From positions 353,184 to 417,183 of the forward strand of contig OZ246404.1 in NCBI GenBank assembly GCA_965230955.1: a stretch of 64,000 bases of DNA. The letters run 5' to 3'. The notes under the pieces are model-generated. The model made no database searches, was not told the origin of the DNA, and was given only the letters and a program-made list of their open reading frames with translations. Position 1 is the stretch's first letter, and every line of letters starts with the position of its first letter. This DNA is from an uncultured Candidatus Saccharibacteria bacterium. Lineage in GTDB: Bacteria > Patescibacteriota > CALEFQ01. This document shows positions 57,011 through 64,000 of the stretch, piece after piece. The position numbers were made by a program, and so were the translations under genes.

Positions 57011-57544
57011 ATGGAATCAGCATCTATGGGCTCAAAACCCAAGCACAAAACCAGTTGGATCTGGTTGGCCGTTTTGATTGTGATAATTGCCGGCGTGGCC
57101 GGATTCCTCGTTTGGTATCAGGGATATTCCAAGCCGGCGGTCTCTCCGGCCAATACCGCGATCAATAATAACGGTTCCCAGATGGTCGGCGGTCCCTGTG
57201 GATATGCGCAATACCCGGGGGTCTGTAAGGTTACGGCTTTGGAAGAAGCCAGCGATCAGCCGGCGGGAAGCAACAGCGGCGCCAGCATAAAATTCACCTT
57301 TACTCTAAATAAAGGTGAAACTATCACTCAAGCGGGCTTTGAACTGACCCCGGGTAAAATTTACCAAAAAACACTGGCGTTAAACGGCGCGGGCGACAAA
57401 GTCGGTTCCCAGGCTTGTCTTGATGAATTCAAAATAAGGCAAAATCAGACTTACGACTGCACTTTGGAAGTTATTACCTCCGGCACTTGCACTCCGGAAA
57501 TATTTAAATTCAAAAACATTGACGATAAATGCTTGATGTATTAG
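57011..57544 (+). CDS. Small secreted/anchored Cys-containing protein, unknown function
   Basis: N-terminal TM/signal-anchor WIWLAVLIVIIAGVAGFLVW. Confidence 0.4.
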   Translation: MESASMGSKPKHKTSWIWLAVLIVIIAGVAGFLVWYQGYSKPAVSPANTAINNNGSQMVGGPCGYAQYPGVCKVTALEEASDQPAGSNSGASIKFTFTLNKGETITQAGFELTPGKIYQKTLALNGAGDKVGSQACLDEFKIRQNQTYDCTLEVITSGTCTPEIFKFKNIDDKCLMY

Positions 57545-57556
57545 TCGTCATTTTTT

Positions 57557-57590
57557 AAGGCTCCGGCTTGTGCCGGAGCCTTTTGTTTTT
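57557..57590 (+). terminator. Rho-independent terminator
   Basis: ggctccggc-ttgt-gccggagcc followed by ttttgttttt. Confidence 0.7.
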
Positions 57591-57686
57591 GAGTAAATGT
57601 ATACGGATAATTTTTGATTTGGTGAGTGGAAGAGAGCAGGCGATTAATCAATGGTCGCGCTAAAAAGTGTGATCAATTGCTGACAA

Positions 57687-58964
57687 TCAGTTGTTTCTGG
57701 TCAATATCGCCAGTCCTTCAATGTGCGGGGTGCGCGGAAAAAAATTATAAAGACGCAGAAAATCCAGGTGATAGCGGGTGAGCAGCAGCTTTAGATCGCG
57801 GGCTTGCGTCGCTAGATTACAGGAAAGATAGATAATCTTGGACGGACTTACGGCCAAGATTTTTGGTATTATTTTGGGGTGCAAGCCGGCGCGGGGCGGA
57901 TCGAAAATCACCGTGGAATCAGGGGTGATGTAATCCAGGGCGTTTTCTGCGGCGCCGATGATAGTCCGGATATTGGCACTGTGATTGAGCGCGATATTTT
58001 GTTTGGCATAAGCGACGGCTTCCGGAAAACTTTCGATTAAATCGAGGGGCTGGTTCGCCGTCTGCAAGGAGAGGCCAATTGCCCCGACTCCGGCGTAAAA
58101 ATCGATCAGCTTGCCCTGGGCCGGGATGAAGCGAGCCGCGTCGGAGACGGCCGATTGGAAAAGCGGCGGATTGATTTGAAAAAAACAGGACAACCCGTAG
58201 CGGAATTTTTTCGGACCGATACTTTCTTCCAAATAATCTTGGCCGGAATGCCCGATTTCGCGGGAGATGTGACTGGCCGGACTGAGCGGAGAAGAGTAAA
58301 AAATGTGAAACCCGAGCCAGTGATCATTCAGAGCCGGAAAGGAGATAAATTCCCGCGGTTTTTTCAGGAAAAGAGCCGCGATTGTTTCTCCTTTTTGGTT
58401 GGATCGGACCAGCAGGCTTTTCAGTTCGCGCCGAGGGATTTGTTGTTGTCGGATCCAATCCATTACCGCTTGGGATGTTTTGCCGGCGGCCGGAGAAAGG
58501 AGTGAACACTCTGTCAGGGGCTCGGCCTGATGGCTGTCGCGCTGCGAATGGGCGAATGAAAGTTGTCCGTGGTCGTCCTCCGCGAAGACGAATTCCATCT
58601 TGTGGCGATAATTATAAAAAAAATCTTCGGCCGAAATGATTTGCAGTTCGGACCAAGATTCGATTCCTCCGAAGCGCTGGTAAATCTCGCGGCCGATCTC
58701 CAGTTTCCAGTGATTTTCCGTTGCCGGCTTCATAATTTGCCAGGGGCTGCAGGCGGCGAAATGATGATCGCGCGGAGCAATCCGATCGGCCGCGGGAGTG
58801 AGGATCTGGGTGGCGATTCCTTCGCAGTAACTCCGCTTATCTTTAGTGATTTTAACGGCCACTTCCTCGCCGGGGAGGGCGTTCCAAATCATGGCGGCGC
58901 GGCCATCAATCCGGCCTAACCCTTGGCCGCCGAAAATTAATTTGGTTATTTTTGTTTTTATCAT
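57687..58964 (-). CDS. rlmD: 23S rRNA (uracil-C5)-methyltransferase RlmD/RumA family with TRAM domain
   Basis: TRAM N-terminus, SAM motifs DFYAGVGAIGL and IFDPPRAG. Confidence 0.75.
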   Translation of the reverse strand: MIKTKITKLIFGGQGLGRIDGRAAMIWNALPGEEVAVKITKDKRSYCEGIATQILTPAADRIAPRDHHFAACSPWQIMKPATENHWKLEIGREIYQRFGGIESWSELQIISAEDFFYNYRHKMEFVFAEDDHGQLSFAHSQRDSHQAEPLTECSLLSPAAGKTSQAVMDWIRQQQIPRRELKSLLVRSNQKGETIAALFLKKPREFISFPALNDHWLGFHIFYSSPLSPASHISREIGHSGQDYLEESIGPKKFRYGLSCFFQINPPLFQSAVSDAARFIPAQGKLIDFYAGVGAIGLSLQTANQPLDLIESFPEAVAYAKQNIALNHSANIRTIIGAAENALDYITPDSTVIFDPPRAGLHPKIIPKILAVSPSKIIYLSCNLATQARDLKLLLTRYHLDFLRLYNFFPRTPHIEGLAILTRNN

Positions 58965-58972
58965 GAGTAGAG

Positions 58973-59491
58973 TTAAAGCCCGAGCGGGTGATATTTATAA
59001 CGTTTCAAAAAAGTCCGTAAGTTTGAATATCTCTTTCCGGCCAGCTTGCCGCCGGCAATCATTTCTTCTTGGGTGACGTCGGCTAGCAGAAAATCTGGTG
59101 GTTGAAAACTGCGCAGCTGCCGGGTTGAGGTAAATTCAATATCTGCTAAGACCAATCCTTTCAGCGGACCGCGGAAAACATCGAATTCGATTTTAGCCCG
59201 ATGCCAGTGCTGATAATATCGCGTTTTGCTGACGATTTTGGCGGGTATTTTTTGGAAAGCTCGGAATTCTGCGGGCGACAAGATGATGGTCTGTTCCTCT
59301 TGCCGCGAGGAATCATTTGAACACAGCGGCCGTTTTTTGGTCAGAGTAGCTTGGGCTCCCTTTTGTCTCAATCTAATGCCGGGATGGGCACAATTGTACG
59401 GAAAATAGCGATCAATAATTTGCTCGTGGGGTAAACGTCGCCAACCTGGCGGCAAAGCTTTTACTAAAAATGTTCGTTCTAACTCAATCAT
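58973..59491 (-). CDS. CYTH-domain (triphosphate tunnel metalloenzyme) protein
   Basis: N-terminal IELERTFLV (the EIERKFLV CYTH signature). Confidence 0.55.
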   Translation of the reverse strand: MIELERTFLVKALPPGWRRLPHEQIIDRYFPYNCAHPGIRLRQKGAQATLTKKRPLCSNDSSRQEEQTIILSPAEFRAFQKIPAKIVSKTRYYQHWHRAKIEFDVFRGPLKGLVLADIEFTSTRQLRSFQPPDFLLADVTQEEMIAGGKLAGKRYSNLRTFLKRYKYHPLGL

Positions 59492-60945
59492 TATTTTCTG
59501 ATCGTGAGATCTTTGATGGCCATTTTTCCTTGCCAGGCGGTTGTGAGAAAAATATGCTCGGAGTCATTGTCGATAAATAAAGACTGCGGGCTGATTGTTT
59601 CATCGGGACTGGCTTGCCAGAAATCGACAACATTGCGACGGTCGCGTTCGTCCAACTCGATGATTTTTACTTTGCCGCCGACGGTAAAAAACAGGTACTT
59701 GTAATTGCCGTTATACCAAATGGCATTATCGATTTTTTCGGTGTAGCGCGTGATCGCTTCCGAATTACTTATACTCGGGTCGTAAATGTAGATTTCATGA
59801 TCATTGTAATAGAGCAATAATTCGTCGGTGGAATCTTCTTGATCGTTGTCTCGGCTCCAGGACATTTTCTCGGCGTTGATAGCGACGCGTTCGGTCTGTT
59901 CAGGAGTCACGGTATAGAGAGCGCCGTCAATGGTTCGAATGGCGATTTTTTTGTTGGCCGAGATGGCTAAATCGTAACTATCAGCCATTTCAATATCTCC
60001 GGAAATAATTTCGGGATTTGATCCGTCCAGTTCCAGTCGGCTGAGGGTGCTCTGTGGCTCAGGTCGGATTTGTTCGTGGCGCGGACGAATCAAATACAGT
60101 CCGGATGAGGCCGGTTGGAAAGCCAATACTTGACCGGCGATCTTACGGGGAGTTACTTTGCCGGCATTTATCGATAAGCGATAGAAGTTTTGTTCGCGAT
60201 CGGTCCCATAGAGCACGGACGGCGTATCCGGGTGCCAATCTACCTTTTGCAATTCGGGTTGGATATCTTCCAGGGTGATCGCTTCCGTTTCCGTGGCGCG
60301 GGAAATGATGGTGTGGTGCTGGTCGCCGGCTTCATTTTGCAGGGTGAGCAGTGCCTGGGTCGAATCCGGGCCAAAGACTATTTTTTCCGCCCGAAGTTGA
60401 CCGGTGTATTTGGACCATAAGCTTTTCAGGGGTATTTCTTTGGTAATTTTCTTGTTTTTCAGGGAATAAAACAGCGCCTCTGGTTGCCCGTCAATTTCGC
60501 CGATGGCGACCAGCCATTCGCGATTCGGAGAAAAATCGACCAGCTCAATCTTGTCCAGGCTGATCACATCGGTCAATTCCGGATCTTGTCGAAACAGAGT
60601 GACATAGCGCGCCCAAGTTACGACTTCCGGTATGACTTCCAGGTCTTTTTCCCAGGGATGATATCCCTCGCGTTCGACTTTGGCGTGATATGTTCCGCCC
60701 ACCAGGTCAGTGAAGCGTTCGTAGCCGAACGCGGTGATATCAAAAGGAGGCGGATTGCCATTCAGCGTGCTGTTGGCGGAGATCGGATCATGGGCGATCA
60801 TGATCATACCAACTTGGTGGACTTCCTTGGCCTTAAAATCGTAGCGGTAGCCGCGGGCGTAAAGAATCAACAACGGAGCTAAAACACAAAAAACCACCAC
60901 CATCGTGGTTACGATTGCCAGGCGGGTTGTTTTGGAAAGCGCCAT
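59491..60945 (-). CDS. Membrane-anchored PEGA-domain plus beta-propeller-like protein
   Basis: N-terminal TM; PEGA-like segment GTYHAKVEREGYHPWEKDLEV; repetitive beta-rich remainder. Confidence 0.45.
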   Translation of the reverse strand: MALSKTTRLAIVTTMVVVFCVLAPLLILYARGYRYDFKAKEVHQVGMIMIAHDPISANSTLNGNPPPFDITAFGYERFTDLVGGTYHAKVEREGYHPWEKDLEVIPEVVTWARYVTLFRQDPELTDVISLDKIELVDFSPNREWLVAIGEIDGQPEALFYSLKNKKITKEIPLKSLWSKYTGQLRAEKIVFGPDSTQALLTLQNEAGDQHHTIISRATETEAITLEDIQPELQKVDWHPDTPSVLYGTDREQNFYRLSINAGKVTPRKIAGQVLAFQPASSGLYLIRPRHEQIRPEPQSTLSRLELDGSNPEIISGDIEMADSYDLAISANKKIAIRTIDGALYTVTPEQTERVAINAEKMSWSRDNDQEDSTDELLLYYNDHEIYIYDPSISNSEAITRYTEKIDNAIWYNGNYKYLFFTVGGKVKIIELDERDRRNVVDFWQASPDETISPQSLFIDNDSEHIFLTTAWQGKMAIKDLTIRK

Positions 60946-61007
60946 ATGCGCTAATTTAAGCGGAAAGTATTTGTATTTTAGCGCTTTAGACCGTTGACGT
61001 CAATCAT

Positions 61008-61036
61008 TTGCCAGGGAAGCCAAAAAACACTATACT
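61008..61036 (+). promoter_or_regulatory. Sigma-70-type promoter TTGCCA-17-TATACT
   Basis: Read directly upstream of gene at 61060. Confidence 0.5.
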
Positions 61037-61059
61037 ATAGAAAACTAAAGTAAAATTTT

Positions 61060-61668
61060 ATGAAATTGACCCGTGTAATCTTATTACGCCAGGGTGGTAC
61101 CATGTGGCACGATCAGGATCAACTGGTCGGGCAAAAGAACGCTGAATTGTCGCTCTCCGGTTTGGTGCGGGCGGAAAAAACAGCTCAGTTATTGAGCTCG
61201 GAAAAAATCGACGCAATTTTTTCATCTAATCTGGGGCGGGCGATAGACACGGCCAAAGCGGTTGCCAAGTATCATCGGCTTCGAGTTATGGCTGATCCCG
61301 AGCTGAATGAACGAGGATTTGGAGATTTGGAAGGGAAAAAACGCAAAGAGCTGGTCAAAGAGCTGAAGCATTTACGCCAAGAAATGGAGAGCAAACCGGA
61401 AGGCGGGGAAAGCGATTATCATTTTGAAAGGCGCGTTGTCGGTTTTCTGGAAGAATGTTTGAAGCAAAACGAAGGAAAAGTGCTCCTCCTGGTTTCGCAT
61501 GAAGGGCCTATCCGGGTAATGCAGCGATACTTCAGCCGTTTTGATACTACCAAAGGAGACGATGACTATCGGGCTTCTTTGGGCGGAATCTCGGAATTTG
61601 AAGTAAAAAGTCTGGCTCCGCTCGAAGTTGCGATCAAAAAATGGGATGCGGTTGAGCACCTGAGCTAA
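61060..61668 (+). CDS. Histidine-phosphatase (phosphoglycerate-mutase-like) family protein with RHG changed to RQG
   Basis: LLRQGGTMWH in place of RHGE; C-terminal LLVSHEGPIRV (SHGG-like). Confidence 0.6.
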   Translation: MKLTRVILLRQGGTMWHDQDQLVGQKNAELSLSGLVRAEKTAQLLSSEKIDAIFSSNLGRAIDTAKAVAKYHRLRVMADPELNERGFGDLEGKKRKELVKELKHLRQEMESKPEGGESDYHFERRVVGFLEECLKQNEGKVLLLVSHEGPIRVMQRYFSRFDTTKGDDDYRASLGGISEFEVKSLAPLEVAIKKWDAVEHLS

Positions 61669-61732
61669 GTCAAAAATCAAAAGTCAAAAGTGGTTTGCCA
61701 ACTTTTTACTTTTGACCTTTGACTTTTGACTT
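61669..61732. repeat. GTCAAAA-heptad palindrome before murA
   Basis: agtcaaaaatcaaaagtcaaaagtgg ... ccaactttttacttttgacctttgacttttgactt. Confidence 0.8.
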
Positions 61733-61739
61733 AAATTCT

Positions 61740-63008
61740 ATGTCTAAACTTATCATCGAAGGCGTCAAGGCCGGAGAAAAATTAAGCGGGGAGATCGCGG
61801 TAGCCGGTTCGAAAAATGCGTCGGCGGGATTAATTCCGGCGACTATTTTAGCGGCCGGACCCTGTGTTCTGAAAAATGTTCCTCAAGTGACCGATGTTCA
61901 GGGTTTGATTCAAATTCTGGCCAGTATGGGAGCAAAAGTCGAGAAGCGAGATCATGAAGTAATGATTGATACCACCGATCTTGATCCAGCTAAAATAGAC
62001 ATGAAGTTAGTGGGAAAGATGAGGATGTCTATCCTGATGCTGGGAGCGCTGATCTCCCGATTTGATCGGGTGCAAATTCCCAAACCCGGCGGCTGTAAAA
62101 TCGGAGCGCGGCCGGTCGGAACTCATCTGGATGCTTTTGAAGCGCTGGGCGCCGCGATTACCAAATCGGACGGAAATTACCAGGTGACCAAGAAAAAACG
62201 TTTGCGTGGCGTGGAGATGACCCTCGATGAATTTAGTGTCACCGCGACTGAAAATGCCCTGTTGGCGGCAGTGACGGCGTCGGGAACGACTATTATTCAT
62301 ACCGCGGCTTCCGAGCCCCATATCGTGACACTGTGCGAGTATTTAAACAAAATGGGCGCTAAAATTTCCGGCGTTGGCACGCACGATCTGACTATCATCG
62401 GGGTTGACCGGTTGAAACCGGCTGATTTTGAGGTCATTCCGGATTATATCGAAATGGGCACTTTTATCTGCTTGGCGGCGGCGACGCGCGGTGAAATTAC
62501 TATCAGGAATTTCCGGCCCCAAGATCTTCGTTTGGAGTTGGTAATTTTCAAAAAGCTTGGTGTCAATTTTGAATTGAAAGATAATGCTTGCTTGGTTCGT
62601 CCGGGGAAATTGACCGCGATCCGCAAAGTGGAATGTCGGCCATCTCCCGGGTTCGCGGCCGATCTTCTGGCTCCGACCGCTTCGCTTCTGACCCAAGCCG
62701 AGGGGACGACACTGGTATTTGATACGATGTATGAGGGACGTATTCGCAACTATATTCCCGAGCTGGTAAAATTGGGCGCCAACGCCGTGATTGCCGATCC
62801 GCACCGTGCGATGGTGACCGGGCCGACGTCGCTTTACGGCGGGCGGACAACCAGTATCGATCTGCGGGCCGGAGCGGCTTTGATTATCGCCGCCTTAATG
62901 GCCGACGGGAAAACGGAAATCGATAATGCCGAGCAGATTGATCGCGGATATGAAAAAATTGTGGAACGCTTGCAAGCCCTGGGAGCGAAAATAAAGCGAC
63001 AGGAATAG
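61740..63008 (+). CDS. murA: UDP-N-acetylglucosamine 1-carboxyvinyltransferase
   Basis: EPSP-synthase-fold MurA N-terminus KLIIEGVKAGEKLSGEIAVAGSKNA. Confidence 0.85.
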   Translation: MSKLIIEGVKAGEKLSGEIAVAGSKNASAGLIPATILAAGPCVLKNVPQVTDVQGLIQILASMGAKVEKRDHEVMIDTTDLDPAKIDMKLVGKMRMSILMLGALISRFDRVQIPKPGGCKIGARPVGTHLDAFEALGAAITKSDGNYQVTKKKRLRGVEMTLDEFSVTATENALLAAVTASGTTIIHTAASEPHIVTLCEYLNKMGAKISGVGTHDLTIIGVDRLKPADFEVIPDYIEMGTFICLAAATRGEITIRNFRPQDLRLELVIFKKLGVNFELKDNACLVRPGKLTAIRKVECRPSPGFAADLLAPTASLLTQAEGTTLVFDTMYEGRIRNYIPELVKLGANAVIADPHRAMVTGPTSLYGGRTTSIDLRAGAALIIAALMADGKTEIDNAEQIDRGYEKIVERLQALGAKIKRQE

Positions 63009-63355
63009 AAAAAGCCGAGCAATCTCTCAACGCTTTTAGCGATTGAGGGTGCTCGGCCGGGCCGATGTACGCGCAGTAGACAAGTCGTCTACGGAGAGAA
63101 TTCAATTCGCCTGGAGACGACCAGGCTAGCCAGCCTATTTCTCGGGTGAGCAGGGCGCCTGCTGTTTCATCCAATACTTCACTAGCTTTCATACTTACTC
63201 CCCACTTGCCAGATCCTCAGGTCTGAAGGACTTTTCCTGGCTGCAGCTCGGATTCATTCCGCAGTTGGCGGTTACCCCGGAGGGAAATCCGTTTCGACGC
63301 TGGCGTACATTAGCTTTAAGCTATATTAACCAGGATTATTTCCGATGTCAAGTTA
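63009..63355. other. 345-bp ORF-free GC-rich region with multiple short hairpins (candidate structured RNA or gene remnant)
   Basis: No ORF with RBS; local hairpins (gtagac-aagtc-gtctac, aggct-agcc-agcct, agcagg-gcgc-ctgct); unusual for this otherwise dense genome. Confidence 0.3.
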
Positions 63356-63385
63356 TTGGCCAAGAGTAGTAAATTATCCCTGATT

Positions 63386-63727
63386 ATGAAAATCGTTAAG
63401 AAAACCGGTACCAAAAAATTTACCAATAGCCCGGTCTGCACTGCCTGGGAGTATCCTTTAGGTGACAAGGATATTAACGGTGCCGTGATTGAGCTTAACG
63501 GGCGTTATCCCGAGAAAGAATTTGCGATTAACGAAAAATGCAAAGAAATGGCTTATGTTGTTAGCGGCGCCGGTAGGCTAATAACTGTTGAGGGAGAAGT
63601 CGAATTTTCTGCCGATGATTTATTACTTATTGATGCCGGCGAAAAATACTATTGGGAAGGGCGAGCTAAAATTTTCGTGCCTTGTACACCGGCCTGGTAT
63701 CCGGAGCAGCATAAGATAGTGCCTTAA
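63386..63727 (+). CDS. Cupin-domain protein
   Basis: Small beta-barrel-like protein with conserved G...E...G pattern; weak family assignment. Confidence 0.4.
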   Translation: MKIVKKTGTKKFTNSPVCTAWEYPLGDKDINGAVIELNGRYPEKEFAINEKCKEMAYVVSGAGRLITVEGEVEFSADDLLLIDAGEKYYWEGRAKIFVPCTPAWYPEQHKIVP

Positions 63728-63800
63728 GTCAAAAGTCAAAGCTCAAAAGTCAAAAGTTTGATCATCTTACTTTTTATTTTTGACTTTTGATCTTTGACTT
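63727..63800. repeat. GTCAAAA-heptad palindrome before mreB
   Basis: agtcaaaagtcaaagctcaaaagtcaaaag ... ctttttatttttgacttttgatctttgactt. Confidence 0.8.
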
Positions 63801-63822
63801 AATTAAAGTTGACAAATATAAA
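63794..63822 (+). promoter_or_regulatory. Sigma-70-type promoter TTGACT-17-TATAAA
   Basis: TTGACT supplied by gtcaaaag-family palindrome arm; upstream of mreB. Confidence 0.45.
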
Positions 63823-63843
63823 TAATCCTGCCATTCTAATTAG

Positions 63844-64000
<157 letters not shown>

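Noticed and set aside
63009-63355. tmRNA / RNase P RNA / SRP RNA call for the post-murA spacer
   Set aside because: Hallmark motifs were absent or only weakly approximated on either strand; kept only as a low-confidence candidate.
10501-63800. CRISPR array interpretation of the recurring repeats
   Set aside because: Units are 7-8 nt tandem heptads forming palindromes, not 25-40-nt direct repeats separated by unique spacers; no cas genes present.
61669-63800. Heptad palindromes as terminal inverted repeats of an IS element
   Set aside because: No transposase or integrase ORF between or near them; they flank ordinary housekeeping genes (murA, cupin, mreB).

Overview
The window is a gene-dense, mostly plus-strand stretch of a small compact bacterial genome. 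Gene content and architecture look Patescibacteria/CPR-like; this is an inference, and no search was run. Standard genetic code is assumed, since TGA stops occur at sensible positions, for example at the end of mnmA.

Recognisable housekeeping blocks:
- A partial cell-wall cluster: D-aminoacylase-like amidohydrolase, pgeF/yfiH, NlpC/P60 peptidase, murD, then an insertion, then ftsW-murG-murC-murB.
- hpf, a NUDIX hydrolase, secA, an inorganic pyrophosphatase and glutamate decarboxylase.
- Two secreted FG-GAP-repeat proteins, one fused to a polysaccharide deacetylase and one to an L,D-transpeptidase.
- secD and secF.
- A block made of a sigma-70 region-4-like protein, a membrane protein, a VirD4/TraG-like P-loop ATPase with a proline-rich tail, and a 1,453-aa repeat-containing surface protein.
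- On the minus strand after it, purF-like and sortase genes.
- An alpha/beta hydrolase, mnmA, four consecutive coiled-coil proteins, alaS and a PHP phosphoesterase.
- A minus-strand island with two HD phosphohydrolases, a secreted metallophosphoesterase and a C39-like peptidase.
- An FtsA/PilM-like ATPase followed by a bitopic membrane protein.
- The tail of the ribosomal operon: infA-rpmJ-rpsM-rpsK-rpsD-rpoA-rplQ, then rplM-rpsI.
- rlmD-like, CYTH and PEGA membrane-protein genes on the minus strand, then a histidine-phosphatase paralog, murA, a cupin protein and the start of mreB.

Most notable observations:
1. Inside the mur cluster there is an inserted trio: a 49-aa LysW-family zinc-ribbon amino-group carrier protein, a fold-type-II PLP enzyme and a large ATP-grasp ligase.
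2. AlaS carries a roughly 190-aa histidine-phosphatase (RHG) domain inserted in its catalytic core.
3. The genome is peppered with intergenic elements built from tandem heptamers (GTAACAG, GTCAAAA, AGTCTTT) and 8-9-nt TTAAGA units. Many form long palindromes at gene ends, some supply consensus TTGACT -35 boxes, and one array sits in frame inside secA.
4. An opposite-strand orphan gene is insulated by terminators on both sides.
5. A 25-bp perfect inverted repeat lies between two divergent genes.
6. A 345-bp ORF-free structured region follows murA.

No tRNA, rRNA or CRISPR array was recognised.
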